Shown piece after piece: positions 1 through 8,451 of a stretch of 64,000 nt of DNA. The stretch covers positions 147,901-211,900 of the forward strand of contig SCUS01000102.1 in assembly GCA_004297725.1 (NCBI GenBank), given 5' to 3'. The position numbers and the translations under genes were made by a program. How positions within the stretch are numbered: the first letter of the stretch is position 1; each line of letters starts with the position of its first letter. Below the pieces are notes generated by a model. The model did not search any database and was not told where the DNA came from. It was given only the letters and a program-made list of their open reading frames with translations. This stretch comes from Myxococcaceae bacterium (GTDB lineage Bacteria; Myxococcota_A; Polyangia; Polyangiales; Ga0077539).

Positions 1-725
1 CCGACGTAGCGGAGCGTGCCGTTCCACCGGGCGGGGAGGTTCATGTCCCCGTTGGCGGTGGTGGCGACGTCGGCCTCGGGCATCGTCGCGGTGATGGCGC
101 TCATCGCCTGCGGGAAGGAGATCTCGCGGGTGCGCACCGTGGTGGTGAGCTCGTAGCTCCCTCGCAGCCGGTAGTGCACGTTGCCCACCACCGGGGCCAT
201 GAAGTCCCCCTCGCGCAGAAGGCGCTCGCTCGCCGTCACGCGCACCGCCGTCTCGTCGCCGGTCCACGCCCACGGGGTGTACATCGAGGTGCCGCGCTCG
301 CTGCGGTCGGCCATGCCCACCCAGGACTCGAGCGGGACCGGCAGCGAGATGCCGAAGAGCCGCACCGTCGCCTGGATGCGCAGCCCGTACTGCACCGTGA
401 GCCGACCGCCGTTGGGGGTGCCGATCGCCGTCACGCGCATGATGGGCGGCCAGCGGGTGCGCAGCTCGCCCGGCATCGACCAGTCGTAGTCCCCCTGGAG
501 CAGCAGGTTGTAGTCCAGGCCGATGGTGCTGGGGTTGCCGAAGGAGCCGCGGAAGCCCGGGCCGAAGTCCACCTCGCCGCGGTTCTGGAAGAGCACCGGC
601 GTCGCCGCGGCCCGCACCGCGCACACCGGGTCGTCGGCCAGGGCCGTGACAGGATATGACAAGAGTCCGGCGCCGAAGGAGGCCAGACACACCACGGCCC
701 GAGTCGATGGGAAGCGCGCGCTCAT
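1..725 (-). CDS. Hypothetical secreted protein (3' end lies outside the window)
   Basis: Absent from the ORF track because its stop lies before position 1. The reverse frame from ATG (725-723) has no stop in the ~240 nt I checked codon by codon at the window edge, with G/C at nearly every third position. N-terminus MSARFPSTRAVVCLASFGAGLLSYPVTALA/DD resembles a Sec signal peptide. No family recognised. Confidence 0.6.
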   Translation of the reverse strand, partial: MSARFPSTRAVVCLASFGAGLLSYPVTALADDPVCAVRAAATPVLFQNRGEVDFGPGFRGSFGNPSTIGLDYNLLLQGDYDWSMPGELRTRWPPIMRVTAIGTPNGGRLTVQYGLRIQATVRLFGISLPVPLESWVGMADRSERGTSMYTPWAWTGDETAVRVTASERLLREGDFMAPVVGNVHYRLRGSYELTTTVRTREISFPQAMSAITATMPEADVATTANGDMNLPARWNGTLRYV

Positions 726-776
726 CGTGGGAGACTCTATCACGATGGCCCTCGCTGACGGCCCTCGCGCACGACC

Positions 777-1604
777 GTGACTGACGCCGATCTGTTCGCC
801 GCCCCGCCGCCCGAAGCCCCGTGGACGCTGCCCTTCGCGCAGTGCCCCTTCGCGCTGCTCGACTGCGAGATGACCGGGCTCGACCCCGAGCGGGACGCGC
901 TGCTGGAGGTCGCCGTCGCCCGGGTCGTGGGGGGCGCGGTGGTCGAGCTCTACTCCACCCTGGTGCACACCGAGGCCCCCATCGCCTCGGCTGCGGCTGC
1001 CCTCCACGGCATCGACGCCGCCGCGCTCTCCGGGGCTCCTTCCTTCGCCGAGGTGGCGCCCCGGCTCGCGGCGATGCTCGACGGGGCGGTGCCGGTGATG
1101 CACGGCGTCGAGCTCGACGTGCGCTTCCTCGACCGGGCCTTTGCCGCCGCCGGATCGCCCCGCCGCGTGGGCCCGGCGCTCGACACCCTGCGCCTCGCCC
1201 GCCGCGCGCTTCACGCCCGGCAGTACAACCTCACCTCGCTCTGCACCTCGCTGGGCATCGCTCCGGTGCGGTGGCACCGCGCGGCCGAGGACGTGCGAGC
1301 CCTGCACCCGCTCTTCAACCGCCTCTGCGCGGCGCTCGATCCGGTCGACGCCATGGACCTCTGGCAGGTGCGCGCCGCCGACGGGAGGGTGCAGGTGCGC
1401 TCCGGCATCGAGCGGGCGCTGGCCGCGGCGGCGGGCTCGCCGAGGCCCGTCCGGCTGATCGTGCGCACGCCGGGGCACGCGGAGCGGGAGCTGCGGGCGA
1501 GGGTGCTCTGGTTTCGATCGCCTCACGTGGGGCTCGCGCCGGCGGGGCAGGGGGTGGTCCCGGCGATCCTCCGGGCCGACCGGGTGCTCCGCGTGCCCGG
1601 CTGA
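777..1604 (+). CDS. DnaQ-like DEDDh 3'-5' exonuclease domain protein
   Basis: ORF 777-1604 with GTG start. Exo I motif LLDCEMTGLD and Exo III motif HRAAEDVRAL (H-x4-D). About 100 aa of C-terminal extension has no recognised family. Confidence 0.75.
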   Translation: MTDADLFAAPPPEAPWTLPFAQCPFALLDCEMTGLDPERDALLEVAVARVVGGAVVELYSTLVHTEAPIASAAAALHGIDAAALSGAPSFAEVAPRLAAMLDGAVPVMHGVELDVRFLDRAFAAAGSPRRVGPALDTLRLARRALHARQYNLTSLCTSLGIAPVRWHRAAEDVRALHPLFNRLCAALDPVDAMDLWQVRAADGRVQVRSGIERALAAAAGSPRPVRLIVRTPGHAERELRARVLWFRSPHVGLAPAGQGVVPAILRADRVLRVPG

Positions 1605-1644
1605 GCCGCTGGGAGAGCGTCCCCGACCGCTCGCCCGTCGCAGG

Positions 1645-2754
1645 GTGCCCGACGGGGGCCCGGCGGGTATGGTCGGTCCCGTACCTTCGATGAGAGAGCC
1701 GACCCTCGACCTCGTGGCGCTGATTCGCGACACCCTCCGCGAGGCGATGCGCTCGTGGCGGCTGCCCGCGACGCTGGTGCTGGGCATCGGCTTCGGGGTG
1801 CTGGAGGCCGAGGCCACGCAGCGCGACGTCGCCCTGCTCTTCGGGCCCTTCGCGGCGCTCTACACCCTGCTCCTCGGCCCGCTCCCGTGGCGCGCGCTGC
1901 TGCCGCTGGAGGAGGACGGGCGCCGCGGGGAGAAGCTCGTCCGCGCCCTCTTCGCCCTCGCGGTCGCCACCGCGCTCTTCTCGGGGCTGGTCACCCTCTA
2001 CCGGGGCTTCGCGGGGGCGGTGCACATCTACCGGGTCTACGCGATGGGGCAGCCGAGGGAGGTGCTGGTGGCCTGGCTGCTCTTCCTCATCGGGGGCTGG
2101 GGCCTCGCTCGGGACATCCAGCTCGAGCAGCGCCTCGACCGCACGCTGGGGTCGCACCAGCGCCTCGCCGCGCAGCTCGCCGCCGCGCAGCTCGACGCCC
2201 TGCGCGCCGACCTCGACCCGCATTTCCTGTTCAACGCGCTCAACGCCATCGCGAGCCAGTGCGCGAGCGACCCGGTCGCCGCGGAGGACAACATCGTGCG
2301 CCTCTCGACGCTGCTGCGCGCGGTGCTCGACACCCGGCAGCTCGCCCTGCACCCGCTCGACGACGAGCTCGCGCTGGCGCGGGACTACACCGGGCTGCTC
2401 CAGGCGCGGTACCCCTCGATGCGGGTGTCCATCGAGCGCGACGACGACCTCGCGTCGGTGGACGTCCCGCCGCTGGTGCTGCAGCCGCTGCTGGAGAACG
2501 CCGTGCGCCACGGGCGGGTGAGCGACGGGACCATCACCGTGACGGCGCGCTCTCGGGACGACGACCTGGTGCTCACGGTGCGCAGCCCCGGGGCCTTCGA
2601 CGGCCCGCGGGCGGGCGGCCTGGGCCTCGACCTGGTGACCCGGCGCGTGGCGCTGGCGTGGGGCGATCGGGGCAATTTCTCGATCGTCGCCGAGGCGGCG
2701 ATGACGGTGGCGACGGTGACCGCGCGCGGGGTGCTGCGCGTCGGTGGGAGGTAA
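1645..2754 (+). CDS. LytS/YehU-type sensor histidine kinase
   Basis: Hydrophobic N-terminal helices, then DPHFLFNALNAI (LytS-type phospho-acceptor motif) and ATPase boxes LLENAVRHG and GGLGLDLV. Start uncertain (GTG 1645, ATG 1669 or ATG 1690). Confidence 0.8.
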   Translation: MPDGGPAGMVGPVPSMREPTLDLVALIRDTLREAMRSWRLPATLVLGIGFGVLEAEATQRDVALLFGPFAALYTLLLGPLPWRALLPLEEDGRRGEKLVRALFALAVATALFSGLVTLYRGFAGAVHIYRVYAMGQPREVLVAWLLFLIGGWGLARDIQLEQRLDRTLGSHQRLAAQLAAAQLDALRADLDPHFLFNALNAIASQCASDPVAAEDNIVRLSTLLRAVLDTRQLALHPLDDELALARDYTGLLQARYPSMRVSIERDDDLASVDVPPLVLQPLLENAVRHGRVSDGTITVTARSRDDDLVLTVRSPGAFDGPRAGGLGLDLVTRRVALAWGDRGNFSIVAEAAMTVATVTARGVLRVGGR

Positions 2755-2761
2755 CGGACCA

Positions 2762-3517
2762 ATGACGGCACGCGCGGTGATCATCGACGACGAGCTGCCC
2801 GCGAGGCAGCGCCTGGGGCGGCTCATCCGGGAGGGCCTCGGCGAGCGGGTGACGGTGGTGGGCGAGGCGAGCGACGGCGAGGCGGGGCTCGCGCTCATCG
2901 AGCAGGAGGGCCCCGACCTGGCCTTCGTCGACGTGCAGATGCCCGGCATGGACGGCATCGCGATGGTGGCGCACATCCTCGCCCCGGCGCCCTACGTGAT
3001 CTTCACGACGGCGCACGACCGGTACGCCCTCAACGCCTTCGACGCGGGCGCCATCGACTACCTGCTCAAGCCCTTCGACGCCGCCCGGCTGGCCCGCGCG
3101 GTGGCCCGCGCGGAGTCGCTCGGGATGCGGGCCCGCGCCGAGGAGGTGCTGGCTCCGCTGCGCTCGCCGGTGAGCGCGGCGCGCCCGCTGGCCGACCGGC
3201 TGCCGGTGAGCGTGTCGGGCCGCACGCTGCTGGTGCCGGTGGCGGAGATCTCGCACTGCGTGGTCGAGCACGAGCTGGTGACGGTGCACACGCTCAAGGG
3301 CAGCCACACGACGGACTACACCCTCGCGGCGCTGGAGGCGCGGCTCGACACGACGCGCTTCTTCCGAGCGCACCGGGCGCTGCTGGTGAACCTCGACCAC
3401 GTCGCGGTCATCGACGACATGGCGGGGGGAAGGGCGGTGCTGGTCACGCACGCCGGAGAGCGGCTGGTGGTGTCGAGGCAGTCGTCGCGGAGGCTGAGGC
3501 AGCTCCTGCAGGTCTGA
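2762..3517 (+). CDS. LytTR-family response regulator
   Basis: ATG 2762 is preceded by GGGAGG (2745-2750); the track ORF begins at an upstream GTG 2744. Receiver domain (VIIDDE, FVDVQMPGMDG, LLKPF) plus a C-terminal LytTR-like DNA-binding region. Lies directly after the kinase. Confidence 0.85.
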   Translation: MTARAVIIDDELPARQRLGRLIREGLGERVTVVGEASDGEAGLALIEQEGPDLAFVDVQMPGMDGIAMVAHILAPAPYVIFTTAHDRYALNAFDAGAIDYLLKPFDAARLARAVARAESLGMRARAEEVLAPLRSPVSAARPLADRLPVSVSGRTLLVPVAEISHCVVEHELVTVHTLKGSHTTDYTLAALEARLDTTRFFRAHRALLVNLDHVAVIDDMAGGRAVLVTHAGERLVVSRQSSRRLRQLLQV

Positions 3518-3556
3518 CGCGGGAGGGGAGCGGAGGAGAGGGGAGCGCGGAGGGAC

Positions 3557-3997
3557 TCAGGCGCGCGTCGAGTCGTTGGCGGAGGGCGCCAGGGTGAGGC
3601 CCTCGGCGGAGAGGCGGGCGAGCACCGCGGCCTCGGCGCGGAGCCAGTCGGCGAAGGGGCTGCCGTTGCGGAGCCCGCGGGCCAGCGCGAGCGCGTGGGC
3701 CTCGGCGCGCACGATCGACTCGAACTCCGCGCGGTCGATGGTGCGCAGCGGAGCGGCGACCGGGGCGGCGACCGGGGCGGCGACGGTCGCGGCGACGGGG
3801 ACGGCGACGGGGACGGCGACGGTCGCGGCGACGGTGGATGCCTTCTTGGAGGGCTTCTCGGCGGTCGCGGCGGATGCCTTCTTCGAGGGCTTCTCGGCGG
3901 ACGCGGGAGCGGCCTTCTTCGAGGGCTTCTCGGCGGTCGCGGGAGCGGCCTTCTTCGTGGGCTTCTTGGCGGTCGCGGGGGCGGTCTTCTTGCTCAT
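3557..3997 (-). CDS. Lys/Ala-rich histone H1/AlgP-like repeat protein with DUF2934-like C-terminus
   Basis: Internal ATG at 3997 of track ORF 3557-4183 gives MSKKTAPATAKKPTKKAAPATAEKPSKKAAP... The C-terminus IVRAEAHALALARGLRNGSPFADWLRAEAA resembles DUF2934. The upstream 62 codons of the track ORF look non-coding. Confidence 0.6.
   Translation of the reverse strand: MSKKTAPATAKKPTKKAAPATAEKPSKKAAPASAEKPSKKASAATAEKPSKKASTVAATVAVPVAVPVAATVAAPVAAPVAAPLRTIDRAEFESIVRAEAHALALARGLRNGSPFADWLRAEAAVLARLSAEGLTLAPSANDSTRA
3830..3973 (-). repeat. 4 x 36-bp in-frame tandem repeat (unit TAEKPSKKAAPA)
   Basis: Units TAKKPTKKAAPA / TAEKPSKKAAPA / SAEKPSKKASAA / TAEKPSKKASTV are read directly from the translation. 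They are followed by VAxP repeats (about 3749-3829). Confidence 0.8.
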
Positions 3998-4185
3998 CGG
4001 TGGACCCTGATTTCTCTCTTGCGCGCGGGGCGCCGCACCCTTCGCTGGAGGGGTGAAGTCTTCGCCCGCGCCCGGAGGAGGGAGGTAGAACCACGAGGGC
4101 GCGATCCCGTCAAAGGTCGAAGCGCGGCGGAAGCAGCGCCCCGTTGCGATCCCCGCCGCCTCGCTGCGACCATCGGAGACCACCG

Positions 4186-5292
4186 ATGCCCTCCCTCGTC
4201 GCCTCTGCGCCTCGCGCCCTCTTCGCCCTGCTGGCCCTCTCGGCCTGCCACTCGCAGACCCAGCCCACCGACGCCGCCGCCCAGGCCGTCGACGTGCCGG
4301 CGGCCCCGCTCGACGTCTCCCCCGATGTCCCGGTCGATGTCCCGGTCGATGCCCCGGTCGACGTGCCCGCCGCGACCTGCGGAGCGTCGAGCCCCGCGGC
4401 GGTCGCGGCCTGCGTCCGTGAGGCCGACCTCATGCGCGACCTCACGCAGATCGCCGCGCCGAGGCCTCCCTCGAGCGCCCACCACGACGCGGTGCGCGAC
4501 CTCTGCGCCGAGCGCTTCGCCGCGCTGGGCTACACCGTGGAGCGATTCGACTACGGGTCGGGGGTGAACGTGCTCGGGGTGAAGACCGGCGCCGACGCGT
4601 CGGCCCCGCGCGTGATCGTCTCGGCCCACTACGACCACGTCTCCTCGTGCCCCGGGGCGGACGACAACGGCAGCGGCGTGGCGGGGGTGCTCGAGGCCGC
4701 GCGGCTGCTCTCGACGGGCCGCTACCAGCGCACGCTGGTCGTCGCGTGCTGGGACGAGGAGGAGCGCGGGCTCGTCGGCTCGCAGGCCTACGCGCGCAGG
4801 GCGCAGGCCGCGGGCGAGGCCGTCGCCGTGGCCTACGTCTTCGAGATGATCGGGTACCGCTCGACGGAGCCCGACAGCCAGCGGCTGCCGACGGGACTCA
4901 ACCTGGTCTTCCCCCGGCAGTCGGCGCAGATCCGAGAGAACGACAACCGCGGGGACTTCATCACCCTCATCGCCGACGAGGGCGCCCGCGCTCCGGTCGC
5001 GGCGATGGAGCGCGCGGCCGCGGCACTGGCGCTGCCCTCGATCTCGCTCTCGCTCTCGGCGGCGCAGACCCGATCGCCCCTCTACGGCGACCTCCAGCGC
5101 TCGGACCACGCGCCCTTCTGGGCCGCCGGGTACCCCGCGATCCAGATCACGGACACCGCGGAGTTTCGCAACCCCCGCTACCACTGCCGCGGCGGTCAGG
5201 ACACCGTCGACTCCATCGTTCCGGGCTTCATGCGGGCGGTGGTGCAGGCCACGGTCGCGTCCGCCGCGGAGACGCTCGGGCTACTGCCGTGA
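4186..5292 (+). CDS. M28-family zinc aminopeptidase, lipoprotein
   Basis: ATG 4186 with GGAG at 4174-4177 (the track ORF starts at TTG 4144). Lipobox LLALSAC. M28 motifs SAHYDHV, DDNGSGVAGVLEAARLL and WDEEERGLVGSQAY. Confidence 0.8.
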   Translation: MPSLVASAPRALFALLALSACHSQTQPTDAAAQAVDVPAAPLDVSPDVPVDVPVDAPVDVPAATCGASSPAAVAACVREADLMRDLTQIAAPRPPSSAHHDAVRDLCAERFAALGYTVERFDYGSGVNVLGVKTGADASAPRVIVSAHYDHVSSCPGADDNGSGVAGVLEAARLLSTGRYQRTLVVACWDEEERGLVGSQAYARRAQAAGEAVAVAYVFEMIGYRSTEPDSQRLPTGLNLVFPRQSAQIRENDNRGDFITLIADEGARAPVAAMERAAAALALPSISLSLSAAQTRSPLYGDLQRSDHAPFWAAGYPAIQITDTAEFRNPRYHCRGGQDTVDSIVPGFMRAVVQATVASAAETLGLLP

Positions 5293-6273
5293 CGGGCTGA
5301 GCGCCGCCCTCGCCGCGCCCCGCAGCCCGAGGGACTCGTCGGTCACCACCCAGACCGGCACCGCCTCCGCGACCGGGCGCATCCGCCCCTTGTCGACGAA
5401 GGCCTCGAGGAAGCCTCCCCCCGCCAGCCTCGGCAGCACCTTCGCGGCGATGCCGCCCGCCAGGAACACCCCGCCGTACGCCATCACCTGGATCGCCACG
5501 TCGCCCGCCTCCGCGCCGTAGGCCGCCAGGAAGAGGTCGAGCGTCGCGCCGCAGAGCGGGTCGCTCCCGTCCACCGCGTGCTGTCCGATGACGGCCCCCG
5601 GGTCGTCGCGCTCCATCCTCGCGCGCACCTCGGGCGACTCCGGCAGCCCCTCCACGTCGCGCAGGAAGCGATAGATGTCCCGCAGCCCGAGGCCCGACAC
5701 CACGCGCTCGACGGAGACCCTCCCTCCGAGCGTACGGCGCATCCACCCGAGCAGGCGGTCGTCGCGCTCGTGTCGGGGCGAGAAGCCCTTGTGCCCCCCT
5801 TCGCCGGGCAGCACCTGCGGACCGTCGGCGGTCATCACCACCATCGCCTCGCCCAGGCCCGTCCCCGCGCCGAGGACCACGCGCGGCGCGGCCTCGTCGA
5901 AGCGCCCCCGCTGGAGCGGAACCCTCGTGGCGTCGGTGAGCGCCAGCGTCCCCCAGGCGGCCGCGGCGAAGTCGTTGAGCAGCCGCACCGAGCGCAGCCC
6001 CGTGGCCGCCGCCAGGGCGTCGCCGTCGAGGCTCCACGGGAGGTTGGTGGTCTGGCACCGGTTGCCAGCGACCGGACCGGCGACCGCCAGCGAGGCCTCG
6101 CTCACCGGCGTGGCGCTGCGGGAGAGCCAGTCGCGGACGAGGGCGTCGAGGTCGGGCGCCGAGGCGCTTGCGTAGCGGCGCTCGTCGGAGAGGGAGATCG
6201 CGCCGTCAGGGGCGGTCGAGGCGAGCGCGAGGCGGGTGGAGGTTCCTCCGATGTCGCCGACGAGGAGGCGCAT
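5281..6273 (-). CDS. glk: Glucokinase (Glk family)
   Basis: 330 aa. N-terminal MRLLVGDIGGTSTRLALA matches the Glk ATP-binding motif (LxGDxGGTNxRxAL). Length and overall pattern are typical of Glk. Confidence 0.8.
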   Translation of the reverse strand: MRLLVGDIGGTSTRLALASTAPDGAISLSDERRYASASAPDLDALVRDWLSRSATPVSEASLAVAGPVAGNRCQTTNLPWSLDGDALAAATGLRSVRLLNDFAAAAWGTLALTDATRVPLQRGRFDEAAPRVVLGAGTGLGEAMVVMTADGPQVLPGEGGHKGFSPRHERDDRLLGWMRRTLGGRVSVERVVSGLGLRDIYRFLRDVEGLPESPEVRARMERDDPGAVIGQHAVDGSDPLCGATLDLFLAAYGAEAGDVAIQVMAYGGVFLAGGIAAKVLPRLAGGGFLEAFVDKGRMRPVAEAVPVWVVTDESLGLRGAARAALSPSRQ

Positions 6274-6279
6274 GAGCGG

Positions 6280-7236
6280 TCAGAAGGGCGCCATGCCCGA
6301 AGGCGCCGCGGGGATCGACTCCAGGTCGGTGGCCTTCGCGGAGCGGGCGAGGGGATGGCCCTCGCGCACCAGCACCAGCCAGATGCCCAGCACCGAGAGC
6401 ACCTCCGGCGAGAGCGAGCGGTAGGGCTCCGCGAGGGAGTCTCGCAGCTTCGCCACGCGCTCGGTCGAGATGCGCCGCGTCGCCGAGACATGCACCGGGG
6501 TGAACCCGTACTGCTGCGCCACGTCGAGGTATCCCTGGGCGCGCACCCGGTTGGGCTCGCCGATGTGCGTGGTGAGCGAGCGGTAGAGCCGCTCCGGGAA
6601 GAGCAGGAAGTCCAGCTCGTGGTCCCACTCGAAGCCGTGGCTCCGAAGGTCGATCTTGTGGATGAGCACCGCGTCGTCGGTGGTCAGCTCGCGCAGCTCG
6701 CGGTGCAGCGCCTCGAGGTCGCGCACGTGCTCGAGCACCGCCCGGGAGATCACCAGGTCGTAGCGCCTCCCGGTGGCCTTCAGCGAGCTGGCGCTGTGGT
6801 GCACCCGGCCTCCGGCGAGCAGCTCGTCGACCCTCGAAGGGTCTTCGCCCGCGCGCTTGAGAAGATTCTCGTAGAGCGCCCGCAGCCGCGATGGGTCGCG
6901 GGTCTGCAGGTCGAAGGCGTCGTAGCCGTCGACGCTGAGGGCGCCGCGGCCCCGGGCCAGCATGGCCACCGCGCGGGTGTTGCCGGGCCCGAGCTCGAGC
7001 ACCGTGCGACCGCCGAAGAGCGCGGCCTCGTGGCCGTCGCCCTCGCACACGCCCGAGTGCGCCGCGATGCGCTCGTAGTCCTCGACGACCCCTTCGAAGT
7101 AGTCGAGGGCGGCCTCCCCCTCCGCGTCGGCGCCGCGCCCGGTCACGTTGCCCAGGCGCATGAGCCCGTTGGCCAGCGCGGGCGCGTGTCGGAAGGCGAG
7201 GTTTCGTCCGAGGAGATAGCCCGTTACCGCGCCCAT
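6280..7236 (-). CDS. Class I SAM-dependent methyltransferase
   Basis: This is the real 3' part of the artefactual 1416-aa track ORF 6280-10530. SAM motif I VLELGPGNT, and YDLVISRAVLEHVRDL. Start is ATG 7236 or GTG 7269. Ends 6 nt before the glk start, so it is in the same operon. Confidence 0.7.
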   Translation of the reverse strand: MGAVTGYLLGRNLAFRHAPALANGLMRLGNVTGRGADAEGEAALDYFEGVVEDYERIAAHSGVCEGDGHEAALFGGRTVLELGPGNTRAVAMLARGRGALSVDGYDAFDLQTRDPSRLRALYENLLKRAGEDPSRVDELLAGGRVHHSASSLKATGRRYDLVISRAVLEHVRDLEALHRELRELTTDDAVLIHKIDLRSHGFEWDHELDFLLFPERLYRSLTTHIGEPNRVRAQGYLDVAQQYGFTPVHVSATRRISTERVAKLRDSLAEPYRSLSPEVLSVLGIWLVLVREGHPLARSAKATDLESIPAAPSGMAPF

Positions 7237-7326
7237 CCACAGCAGCTTTGTCGGTCGGATTCCGGTCACGCGGCCCGTATAACCCAATCCCCCTCGACTC
7301 GCGATAGAACCAGCGTCCTCCCCACC

Positions 7327-8424
7327 ATGCCCCCCTCCGACTGGTTTTCCCCTCTGCTGCGCCCCGAGCTCGCCGGGCTCACGGCCTACGCCCCGGCGCC
7401 GATTCCCTCGGGCTCGGTGCGCCTCGACGCCAACGAGTCCCCCTGGGCGCTGCCCCCGGAGGCCCGCGCCTCCCTCTCCGCCGCGCTCGCCCGGGTCGAG
7501 CTTCACCGCTACCCCGACGTGCGCGCCACGGCGCTGCGCGAGGCCATCGCGTCGGCGGAGGGGGTCCACCCCGACTCGCTGGTGCTCGGCTGCGGCTCCG
7601 ACGAGGTCATCGGCCTGCTGCTCAACGCCCTCGCCGCCCCGCGCCCGGGCGCCGAGCACGCCGCGGTGCTCTTCCCCACGCCGACCTTCGTCATGTACCG
7701 CCAGACGGCCCTCTCGCTCGGGATGCGCCCCCACGGGGTCGCGCTCGACGAGGCCTTCGACCTCGCGCTCGACCCGCTGCGCGAGCAGCTCCGCCTCCAC
7801 CGCCCCAACGTCGTCTTCCTCGCCTCGCCCAACAACCCCACCGGGACCCTCTTCTCCCGCGATCGCCTGGAGTCGGTCCTCTCGGAGACCGGCGACACCC
7901 TCGTGGTGCTCGACGAGGCCTACGCGGCCTTCTCGGGCGTCCGCTACGGCGACCTCTGCGAGCGCTTCCCCCATGCCGCGCGGCTGCAGACCCTCTCCAA
8001 GGTCGGCCTCGCGGCGCTGCGCGTGGGCTGGGCCATCCTCCCGACGGCTCTCGCCGCGGCGGTGGAGAAGGTGCGCCAGCCCTACAACCTCAACGCCCTC
8101 TCCCAGGCGGCCGCGGTGCACTGCCTCACCGAGCTGCGCCCCGAGGTCGACGCCGCGGTGCAGCGCGTGGTGGCCGAGCGCGCCAGGGTCGAGGCCCTGC
8201 TGCTCGCCATGGACGGGCTGGAGGTGACGCCCTCCGCCGCCAACTTCTGGTGGATCGCCGTGCCCGACTCCGCGGCCAGGGTGTCCGCCGCGATGCGCGA
8301 TCGGGGCGTGGTGGTGCGCTCGTTTCACGCCCACGGAGGGGCGCTCACCAGGCGCCTCCGCATCACCGTCGGAACCCCTTCGGAGAACGATCGGATGCTG
8401 GAGGCCCTGCGGGCGTCGCTCTGA
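7327..8424 (+). CDS. hisC: Histidinol-phosphate aminotransferase
   Basis: ATG 7327 lies within track ORF 5578-8424. Motifs LDANESPW, ASPNNPTG and the PLP-lysine context LQTLSKVGLAALRVGW, with a HisC-like C-terminus LRITVGTPSEND. Confidence 0.85.
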   Translation: MPPSDWFSPLLRPELAGLTAYAPAPIPSGSVRLDANESPWALPPEARASLSAALARVELHRYPDVRATALREAIASAEGVHPDSLVLGCGSDEVIGLLLNALAAPRPGAEHAAVLFPTPTFVMYRQTALSLGMRPHGVALDEAFDLALDPLREQLRLHRPNVVFLASPNNPTGTLFSRDRLESVLSETGDTLVVLDEAYAAFSGVRYGDLCERFPHAARLQTLSKVGLAALRVGWAILPTALAAAVEKVRQPYNLNALSQAAAVHCLTELRPEVDAAVQRVVAERARVEALLLAMDGLEVTPSAANFWWIAVPDSAARVSAAMRDRGVVVRSFHAHGGALTRRLRITVGTPSENDRMLEALRASL

Positions 8425-8451
8425 GCGGGAGGGGCGTAGCGCTGCCTTGAC

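Noticed and set aside
3998-4183. The 62-codon N-terminal extension of track ORF 3557-4183
   Set aside because: The extension (MVSDGRSEAAGIATGRCFRR...) overlaps the divergent promoter and start region of the peptidase gene. The internal ATG 3997 begins the coherent K/A-repeat protein.
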